In this document: one piece after another, positions 33,801-43,810 of the stretch
Layout: each line of letters opens with the position of its first letter
Position numbering within the stretch: position 1 is the stretch's first letter
From: Haliotis rufescens
Lineage: Eukaryota
Assembly: GCF_023055435.1 (NCBI RefSeq)
Contig: NW_025964388.1
Location: forward strand, 868,001-932,000
Length of the DNA stretch: 64,000 bases
Direction of reading: 5' to 3'
Program-made: the position numbers and the translations under genes
The notes under the pieces: generated by a model
Seen by the model: only the letters and a program-made list of their open reading frames with translations
The model's database searches: none
Told to the model about the DNA's origin: nothing

Positions 33801-36800
33801 CTGTATTTACCTGTATTTACCTGTACGTACCTGTACATACATTCATGCTTATCTTTGCTTCAGCATCCATACCTCTGCATGGCTACACCTACCACAGGCG
33901 TTATACCACTGATGAAGTGAGTGAAAAAAAATTCTTGAGCTTGATTATCAGGAATTTTCCCTTCATTTATCTGTTTTAGACATATTTTATTGACATTAAA
34001 GGGTCAAATGGATATGGCAAAGTTTGTCCAAGTTACGATGCCCTTTCCATAAACATTTATGCAGACAGCAGACAATCGTGTAATTATTAAACATTAAAAT
34101 ATATAAATTGCATACAAAGCACAATACTTCTGGGGCAAAAAGTAAGATTTATAATTTATAAAATGCATAGAATATTGTAGCGATGAATGCTGTATAGTAT
34201 TCATATGGTGAGAGGTTGTAACTGGTAAAATACCAACTGTTTGTTGATTTCTTTCATTCAGGTTTACAACATGGACAGCACTCCACGTGGTCATGTGTTC
34301 ATCATCAACAACTGCAAGTTTGACTACTTGGCTGAAAGAACAGGAACACACAGAGATGCACAAAACGTGAAAACTATGTTTGAGGAACTAGGATTTGAAG
34401 TCAACATTTTACATGATTTAACAGCTGAGGTAGGTGACGGTGACGACGAGTGTCATTACGAACTGACTTTCACTTTGTTTGAACTGTCACATCTTCCTGA
34501 GTCAAGGGAGTTAACTGACTTTAAAAGTCCAGTTTCCACCCTTGCCGAACTAGGCTGGAATTCCTGGGCTCGATCGTAGCGCCACCAGTGGCTATTACAA
34601 GTTATGTCCCCTCTAAGCCTCTCCTATGGACCAATCAGATTCCACCTCTTGTATCACTTGCGTTTGCTTCAAACATAATGGCAGCACCCAGTCAGGACCA
34701 TCTGATCGATAATCAAACGGGTCTTACATCGCGAAATGCATCAAATCACGTGAGCACCTTGATTAAAAACTGCTTAAAAATCTGCTGACAACAAGTTGGC
34801 AGTGTACATGCTTTGCAAATCCTGCAATCGACCGAAATCTGCATAACAGTTTACGAACAGGATTTTTGATTTCGGTGCACGATTTTGATTGGACTATGCA
34901 TAGACTTGTTAGTCCAGCCAAAATGTAACTCCATAATACCAGCCTAGTTCAGCAAGGGTGGAAACTGGACTTGTATAGTCAGTTTACACTCTTGCCTCGG
35001 GAAGATGGGATTGTCACTGAGCGCAGACTGAACCCTGTGAACCAATATGTTTGTGAAAGCAATAATTCCTTTAAAATGAAATACTATATAAACATATGTA
35101 TTTGGGCTGGGACAAGTCCAAATTTACTACCTGGGTACCCCCCCCCGCCGTCCTCAGTCAAATTTCATGTATCCCGCTGAGAAATCAATCGGAAAACATA
35201 AGTCAGTCAACTCAGCAGGAGAGGTTGGAGGTCATTTAAGATGAAGCGTGAGCTGGAGAGAATCAGGGGAGGTAACCTAGACCGGGTTGATAATTGCTGG
35301 ATACATTTTTTGAAGGGTCCTTAAAAAGGTTATTTAACATGGGTTTATGATAGTGATAGATCCAGATGGGGGTACCAGGCGGTCCGGACCTCCCTCTTTT
35401 GAAAACCAAATGTATGTTGTAGGCAGTAAATTTGACTTAGGGGGACTTTGATATTTTGGACCCCTCCCTTTTAAAAATGCTGGATCCGCCCATGGGTAAT
35501 ATTTGTGTCATACTGATGATCTCATCAACTACATACCATATTACCCAGTAAGACAAGAGTCAACCAGCACTTGGGTAGTTGGACATAAGGGGTCTAGTGC
35601 TTATTACCTTGAGAGCAATATATGATAATTGATAAATATACTATAAGTTGTAACAGGATCACAGGAGGTACTTGGGGTTTTATGGGCCCCACGTTAGGTT
35701 TTATACCACGACGCATAAAACATCATGTACCCATCACGATCCTGCTCAAAAGAATTTAATTTATTGACATGACATTGTAAAATAATTCAAAATTGATAGA
35801 AAAAAGCTGTTCAAATTGAGCTGAGGTTACCTTGTGCTATGTCACGTGACTTTCATTGACGTAAAAAAAGTGTGCAGCTTTTTGCTCAAAAGTGGTTTAT
35901 AAGGGATTTATTCTGCTTCTCAAAAGTCCATGTGCAGCTTGACTTGCTTGTGGTGATATGAGAAGTTTTTTCCCGCTGATGTATTTATAATTCCCCTCCA
36001 AGGCGAGATACACAGTATTTTATCAAGATCAATCAGATCCCATCATTCCGACAAGGGGGTATGATAAAATAATTATACCATGACAGCCCCAAACAACGTT
36101 TATTCTGAAGATAATAAATATATTATCTGATTTCTGTAAATGCAGTGCTGTTGTCTTTCAGATGATGAGGATCAGGCTGAGAGAATTTGCGAGGAAATGT
36201 CCCTGGAACCAAGTTGATTCTTGTGTGGTGGTGATTCTGACTCACGGCAGTGACGCCCAGCGGATGTATGGCACCGATGGGAACTTTGACAATTACAACT
36301 TCATCACTAATAGAGATCTTTTTGACATATATGGTAGCAGCAACTGCCCTGGCCTACAAGGGAAACCGAAGTTCTTTCTGATACAAGCTTGCCGGGGATG
36401 TGAGTAGGATTTCTTATACATCTCTTGTGGCACTAGGTAAGGACAATTATTAAGGTATATTCCTGAGGCAAGGGAGATAACTGACTTTAAAAGTCCAGTT
36501 TCCACCCTTGCAGAACTAGGCTGGAATTATGGAATTACATTTTGTCTGGACTAACCTGTTAATGCATTATCCAATCAAAATCGAGTAATGAAATCGACAT
36601 CTTGTTTGTAAAGTGCCATTCAGATTGCGGTTGATTGAAGGATTTGCAAAGTAATCGCTCGTCCGATACCAGAACTATTCACTCTTTCATAAAATTGGTT
36701 TTACACGGGAACGAGTTTAGTATTTTATTTATTACTGGCCATTTATAACGTTTTGAGAATTTATACTGTTGAGTGTGAATAGGCTGACACCTACATGATC

Positions 36801-39800
36801 CACGGCATAATCTAATTGAGTTTTAACAGAATAATACTTCTAACATGTCAATAGTTGAAACATATGAATTTAATACCATACAACGGTCCACCTTTAGAAT
36901 GCAGGCGTCCGTTCCACAAAATTATCGTAGCGCTAAGTTTATCGCAACTCACATACTTTAACTTAGACTAACGACTGTCGTTGCGGTACATTACGATCGC
37001 CTTGTGGAACGGGGCCTTGCACCTCAAAGCTTACAATCATGTCACAATACCCGATGACGTAATTTGTGGAATTTTGTTGCAAGATCCATAGGTGAAACAC
37101 TGCCATGTGACGTCAGCCTAGCAACAAGGTTGCTGGGGACATCCAATGTGCATAAGCTCCTCTCAGTGATCTATCAACTCCACACACAATGTCGATGAAA
37201 AAGCCAAGGGATGTTGAGAGCTTTCAATATTTGTTCGTGAAACTTGTTCCAAGAGTACATAAGCATGCCTTTAGGAATTACACAATGTGTAATACAGCTG
37301 TATGTTTATTAAACGGGTTATCTCTTCAGGAGCAAGTAATAACTTCAACTTAGCATCAACAGATATTTTCCAAATCTGTTCATGTTTTTCATCATGAGAT
37401 TTTATGAAGTAAGACCCTGTATAATTACAGTATAGATTTTGATTAGCAATCAGATTGTCTTCACTTGTGCCGCCATTTGTTTGAAGGGAATGCAAGTGGT
37501 ATCAGCATGATCAGAGGTGCAGTCTGATTGGTCAATAGAAGGGACAGAGAAGGGACATGACTCGTAATAGCCTCTGGTGGCACTACACGAGCCCAGAAAT
37601 TCCAGCCTTGTTTGCCAAGTGTGGAAACTGACTTAAGAGTCAGTTGTCTCCCTTGCCTCAGGAAGATGCTATTAGGGACAGGTTAAGTCCCTGGTCAAAA
37701 GTTCAGTGTGCACTGATTTCAATCTCAGCCCCCTCGGGAGTATACAACTATGCCTTGATGCTATATTTTGTTTCTTTATAAGTCTAACTCTATATTTGCA
37801 ACAACGCTTTTAATATTTTGGTAGCCTGTGTTTTGTTTATGGTTGGGAGGCTACAGCTGTCTTCACATTCATACAGACAAGTGATCGCACATGTCACTCC
37901 GTGGACATGCTCAAATGTGTATTGACTGGAAGAAATGTTGCGAACTACAAATCTTGTGTTTGAATACAACAACTCATTTAATAAATGGTAATCATTCTGG
38001 TATATCTGAAAGTTGCCTATTTCTCCCAGCGGAAGAAGACTTGGGCTGTGTTAGTCTCTCCCCCACAAGGCATTCTATACAGGAAACCACTGAAACAGAT
38101 ATCATGGCTGAACAGGGCGATGCCTTCGCGGAAACCGATCGACCAGATGGACGTAGCCTGGGCTTGCTGTCTCTCCCGTCCTTCTCCGACATGATCATTG
38201 CTCATTCCAGCGTAGCAGGTAACTCACAAGTTTTAAACTTGTATTTCAGGCTTTATAAATAGTGGGGCGGTCGGGTAGCCTAGTGGTTAAAGCGTTCGCT
38301 CGTCACGCCGAAGACCCGGGTTCGATTCCCGACATGGGTACAATGTGTGAAGCCCATTTCTGGTGTCCCCCGCCGTGATATTGCTGGAATATTGCTAAAA
38401 GCGGCGTAAAACCAAACTCACTCACTCACTCACTTTATAAATAGTGTATGTTATTAAACGAAAAGAAAATTTTAAGTAATAGTTTTTGTCTCGGGTCAGA
38501 CATAAGTCACAGCTGCGGATCTCATTCAGTTGATTTGCTAATATGGACATTGTGGAGATTTTGACATGGTCCCTGTAAGGTCTAACATGTCTAAGAGTTG
38601 ATAGGCAGATCCAGAGGTAGGGTCCATGGGGTCCAGACCCCCCACCCCCTACCCCACCCACCCCCCCTCCTTCCCAACCCCCTTTCGAAAACAATTTTTT
38701 TGTATGTTTGTATGGTAGGCAGTAAAATTTTCTGAGAGAGCATTTTGATGTTTTAATTGGACCCCTCCCTTTTAAAATTGCTGTATCTGCACTCTGATGG
38801 TGTCTATTGTTGCTCATAAAACCCTGGGGTGGTGAGGTAGCCTAGTGGTTAAAGCGTTCACTCATCAAGCCGAAGACCCGGGTTTCATTCCCCACATGGG
38901 TAAAATGTGTGAAGCCATTTCTGGTGTCCCTCGCCGTGATATTGCTGGAATATTGCTAAAAGTGGCATAAACCTTACTCACTCACACTTAAAACCCCATG
39001 GTGTATCTGGTCCAGATTATTTATGTCACCATATAGCTGGAATATTGTTGATTCCAAAAGCAACAAAATTCAAGTCAACATAGTCTCACAACAAAATCAT
39101 TATAATTTGGTTGAGAAATGTTCTTCTATACAGATATGAAGTAACCTGTCAAAAAAGTCAAAGAAGTAGCTGTTGAATCACTAATAGTGTTTCATAAACT
39201 ATACTACATTTCTCGCTCCTGGGGTGGTCGGGTAGCCTAGTGGTTAAGCGTTCGCTCGTCACACCGAAGACCCGGGTTCGATTCCCGACATGGGTACAAT
39301 GTGTGAAGCTTATGTCTGGTGTCCCCCACCGTGATATTGCTGGAATATTGCTAAAGCGGCGTAAAACCATACTCACTCACTCACGCTCGCTGCTGGCGGT
39401 GTTAGCATGACTAAGGACAAGCTAAAGGACAAAATGGCTACTGAAAACCTCATCTAGATACGTATTTGTACCCAGTTCTATATATCATGGTGACATCTTG
39501 ATAAGTATTGGATGTCTACATCTGCCAATTACAGAGAATATAAGTCTAGCTACAGATCGGATGCCATTTTGTATTAATAGCGTGTCCTAGCAACAGGTTG
39601 AAACGGTTGAAATCGTGACTGATGGACTGTACAGGTGAGGTGAAATTGGGTTTAACGTCGTGTCCAAGATTATTGCACTTATATTGCGACATGCAAGTCG
39701 GTGGCTGCTTGCACTAGTCCGGACTGTACCGATTTCATAGTGCTAGCACACTGAGATACCATGCTGCAGTTTTACATGAATACCCCACTCAGACAAAGTA

Positions 39801-41220
39801 TACAGACTCCGAACGGATCAGTTCCTTGTTTTAGCCCCTTAATGCCGAGCGCCAGACAGGGTAACAACAAATAGCATCTTTTAACAGCTTTTGGTATGAC
39901 GCAGCCGGGAATCGAAACCCGGACCTTCGCTCTCCGGGCGGACGCTAGACCACGTCTGGACCATAAAGGCATGTTTTATCCAGGGTTGTTGTAAGTGGGA
40001 TGATAGACAGATTATCTTTGTTGCAGGGTTCGTATCATACCGGACCTTAAGGCATGTTTCAACCAGGGTTGCTGTAAGTGGGATGATAGACAGACTATCT
40101 TTTTTTGCAGGGTTCGTATCGTACCGAGCCATAAGGCATGTTTCATCCAGGGTTGTTGTAAGTGGGATGATAGACAGACTATCTTTGTTGCAGGGTTCGT
40201 ATCATACCGGACCTTAAGGCATGTTTCATCCAGGGTTGCTGTAAGTGGGATGATAGACAGATTATCTTTGTTGCAGGGTTCGTATCATACCGGACCTTAA
40301 GGCATGTTTCAACCAGGGTTGCTGTAAGTGGGATGATAGACAGATTATCTTTGTTGCAGGGTTCGTATCGTACAGGAATACAGAGCACGGGAGCTATTTC
40401 ATAAGTTCGGTGGTGGAGGTGTTCAGGAACTTTGCAGACAAGTGTGATATTAACGACATGCTCACAAAGGTAGGATCAGGATCACTGCTAATATTCGATT
40501 CTGGATTCGAGACTTCTCCTTGAATACGAAACTGCCCACTAATACTTTGGGAATGACTTTACGGCAGCCATCTTGTTTTGCTTTAGGCTGGCAGTGAGTG
40601 ACAACACGTATGAGAGCAGGTAGTGTGTTGTGTTTGCTGATGAATACAAATGTGTATGTGAAGAACCTGTGTCTGCCTATTAAAACAATCACTTTGTAAG
40701 ATCTGGGGGAGAGATCAGAGTAACGAACACAGAGGAGAAGGTTTAATGTGTAGTATAAATAGAATTATCGTTGTGATAAACCGACTGTGACTATCTGATA
40801 AATATGCAAATGACATTACCCAGGGTGGTTAGGCTCGCTGACTTGGTTGATGCATGTCATGGATCCGGATTGCATGGATCGATGCTCATGATGTCAATCA
40901 CTGGATTTTCTGGTCCAGACTCGATTATTTACAGACCGCCGTCATATAGCTGGAATATTGCTGAATGCGGCGTTAAACAACAAACAAACAAACAACTACT
41001 ACTACTACTACTATTACTACTACCACTACTACTACTACTACCACTACTACTGCTACTACTACTATTAAGATGATGATGATGATGACGATCTGTCCAGGTT
41101 AACAGGAAGATCGCTGAGAACTTCCAGACGGAGGACGGCAAGAAGATGATGCCAGCCTCCACAAACCAGCTGCTCAAGAAGTGGTTCCTCAATCCCCAGA
41201 TCCGACAGGCGCCGCGATAA
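30880..41220 (+). CDS. CARD-containing initiator caspase (caspase-9/caspase-2-like), 457 aa, 8 coding exons
   Basis: Exons 30880-31011, 33032-33392, 33864-33916, 34262-34429, 36162-36399, 38030-38218, 40360-40469 and 41098-41220. All introns are GT-AG with matching phases; 1374 nt. CARD MEEVQREALRRSRVFLV..LWDHLV..EQVRTLLSDL..AFLECLEETG. p20 PRGHVFIINN, RTGT, catalytic ILTHG and GKPKFFLIQACRG. p10 SDMIIAHSSVAGFVSYRNTEHGSYFI and QLLKKWFLNP. Confidence 0.93.
31945..32221 (+). mobile_element. SINE family D (tRNA-Leu-like head with long A/B-box spacer, ACTC tail)
   Basis: Head GGCCCAGTCGTCTAAGGCGCC ... TGTGGGTTCG(G/A)ATCCCA; body GGTTTCACCGAAGTGG..CCTCCCACATTAAGCTG; TSD-like ACTCCAA(A/G)GAC. Other copies ~32652-32925(+), 51292-51566(-), 55122-55345(-); partial 25330-25440, 53500-53700, 57340-57520; decayed copies in each array unit (e.g. 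6790-6945). Confidence 0.8.
33735..33840. repeat. 10-bp minisatellite (TTACCTGTAT)n just upstream of the 53-nt caspase exon
   Basis: About 10 imperfect copies ending ~25 nt before the acceptor at 33863. Confidence 0.85.
38264..38432 (+). mobile_element. SINE family A (short tRNA-derived SINE, ~165 bp, ACTC tail)
   Basis: A box TAGCCTAGTGG, B box GGTTCGATTCC, tail (ACTC)n, perfect TSD CTTTATAAATAGT. Other copies ~3737-3865, 4347-4511, 38826-38986, 39220-39383, 57589-57750 (+); 49435-49568, 49851-50020, 51854-52021, 52117-52272, 60799-60943 (-). Confidence 0.9.
39964..40373 (+). repeat. 83-bp tandem repeat (5 copies) spanning the acceptor of caspase coding exon 7
   Basis: TTGCAG|GGTTCGTATC recurs with AG ending at 40026, 40110, 40193, 40276 and 40359. 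Only the last continues into the caspase exon. Confidence 0.95.
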
Positions 41221-41460
41221 GAGTGTCTGGTTGAAAGATGTTCTTAAGGATTTGTGTGAAGAGAAAGAGAGAAAATATGAGATGTGTTTGGTCAGAACTA
41301 TTGATTGATTATCAAATCCCTGAAAATAATTTGTAATTAAGACTGCTTTGAGGGGTTTTGTGTCAAATCATGCTAATAAGATATGTAAATCAATAGATTC
41401 ATATGAGAATTCACACGTTTCTAGGGTAACATGGTCACATAATAACACATACATAACTAA

Positions 41461-41806
41461 TAGGGCTGGGACGGGTAACTCTGGTACTCGGATGGGGTGG
41501 GTACTGAGTAGGACCCGGGTACCCACAGGACTACCCAGACCAAAGGTTAGTCACGTGATATAGTGTTAAATGGCAAAAATTGTCCGCATTTCTTTCTGAT
41601 TTTATAAATTTGAATAGAGATAAAAGGTTATGCAAGACCAGATCGTTTTATACGAGTATCTGAAGACATTTTGCCAGGGCTATGGTCAAAATATTCCCAA
41701 TCGGACAATTGTACCTATCTCTTGACACCAACAGCGGGTACCCGGGTAGGGTTGGGTAATAGGGGGGTAGGTACCCTGGTAGTAAATTTAGACTCATCCC
41801 AGCCCT
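41461..41806. mobile_element. hAT-like MITE (TIR TAGGGCTGGGA, ~8-bp TSD)
   Basis: TAGGGCTGGGA...TCCCAGCCCTA with flanks ATAACTAA and ATAATTAG. A second copy at 62348-62751 has flanks GACAGCAT and AACAGCAT; a fragment lies near 35101. Confidence 0.75.
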
Positions 41807-42401
41807 AATAATTAGCCTATCAGATGCAAGCACAGATAATGTATAGGAGAAAAAGTATGTCAAAAACTGAAATTTAGCTGTCAGTGCTAACAGGATGTTT
41901 TAGTGTTCCAATAGATCAATACCATGCTGGGTCGCCGACGGTAAAGACATGAGCAAATATTTGTACAGTACAAACATTAGAACAAGGAAATATTTTGTTT
42001 ACAGATTTTATAATCAATGTGCCACAAGTCAAGAAACCAAGAAAATATGAGATTTGATGAAACTCTCGTTTTTATCAATTTAGAATTTAGGATGGGTTGA
42101 TCAACAAAAAAACAAAAACGAAATTGGTCCTTCCATGTGAAGTGAGCTGCAGTACCTCGTGGCTTTATATGTTTGTCAGTGTTTTGATTTTTATACTTTA
42201 TCTATTAAAACCACCTTTTAATTTTTAGAGGTTTTGGAAAATGTTTGAACATGAACAAGTCTTTGAGTTTCAGTGATTCATTGATTGAGGTAGAGACACT
42301 TGCTTTAGACCTTTAAGAACTGAGGCAGGACTTATATGTGTCAAAAAGACAAAAGATCACTTTTATGGTCAGTAAGTGTTTTTAAATGTTTAACAATTAT
42401 A

Positions 42402-42725
42402 CCGTATTCCACGTAATAAGCGCCCTGCTCTAATAAGCGCCCACGGCGATATTTGCTAATATATTGGCGAGTGAACAATCCCAGTTAGCACCCCTTCCGA
42501 TTGATCAATGTACACAAGACGGATAATACACACTTGTGTGTTATATGCACCCTTAATTATGTGCAATTAAATTCTAGAACGATATATTTGTCGTATATAA
42601 ACATTTCAGGCTGTCAGCATAAACGATTGAAATTTATCTTTCAACTCTGTTTTTTTTCACCAAAATAATATTCTTATAAGAGCCCCCTATTTCTAAGCCC
42701 TGGGCGCTTATTATGTCGCATACGG
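42402..42725. mobile_element. Tc1/mariner-superfamily MITE (CCGTA TIR, TA TSD; Tc2/pogo-like)
   Basis: TA|CCGTATTC(C/G)ACGTAATAAGCGCCC ... GGGCGCTTATTA..TACGG|TA. Further copies at 47439-47770 and 58153-58569. Confidence 0.8.
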
Positions 42726-43672
42726 TAAGTGTTTTACCCAAGTTGATTTTGGCAAAGACAGTACAAATATGTTTACAAGATATAGATTTCATAACAAGAA
42801 GTTAAAAGAAATCTTCCCTTTTCACCTTTTTTAGCCATACTACATGTATTTCTTGTAAAAAAACTTGCCAGTGATAGAAAGAAGAAAATCGGATGTCTTT
42901 CATAAGAATCAGTTTTCTGCTGCTGCAGAGTAATGGCCCTAATCCTTTTTGTTTTGGGTCTAAGTGATTAGTGTGTGCTTGTACTTCAGATGAGGATTCA
43001 TCAAACACCAAGAAAACTACAGGCCAGACATTTTGTAAACTATGTTCACAAATCTACCAACTCCCAAAAATGCTAGCCTTGCAGAACTACTGTTAGATAA
43101 GCATGCATCTCCAACCTTCCTCGTCAACCAACTACACGAACACATTCATCTAAAGTAAAAAAACTCTGACTGACACTGAGCTAACTTTTCATCTACTCAT
43201 AAAAAACACATGCAAAAGCAGCTTTGATATTCGGTAATCTCATCTCAAAACTTTCCAGATGCAGTTAATGCTATTGTTATCAACTTTTCATAATTTCATG
43301 GTGCAAAACTTTCCAGATCTACATGAGCGCCATATTTCCATAATGTTCCAAGGTGAAGGGTGAGTCTGTTGAGTTTAATATCACAGCAGCAATCATGAAA
43401 GAGATAGATATGGATTCATGTTCAGCGCATCCTCCTGTGGCAAGGGAGTTAACTGACTGTAAAAGTCCTAGTTCGGGAAGGGTGAAAACTGTATGAATTA
43501 AGAACCACAACAGGACTAAAATGACTAGATTTATTTGTCTGAAGTAGGTAAAAGATGCAGACCAGGTACTATGCACAGCACAAAAGTAACACAATAAAAA
43601 AGTGTATACTTGAACGACTTAAATTCAAATTAGCTCAGTTATAAAATTAGCTCAGAGAAAATATTAGAGAAA

Positions 43673-43810
43673 CTCACCCGAGTGTCTTTTCATATCAAAT
43701 ATATCAACACGAGTTGATAAAAGTGGAAAAATCACGAGGCTTGCCGAGGATTTTTGCCACTTTTATCAACGAGTGTTGATATATTTGATATCAAAAGACA
43801 CTCAGGTGAG
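43673..43810. repeat. ~138-bp near-perfect inverted repeat (hairpin)
   Basis: CTCACCCGAGTGTCTTTTCATATCAAATATATCAACAC..TTGATAAAAGTGGAAAAATC pairs with its downstream reverse complement around a short ACGAGGCTTGCCGAG loop. Confidence 0.9.
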
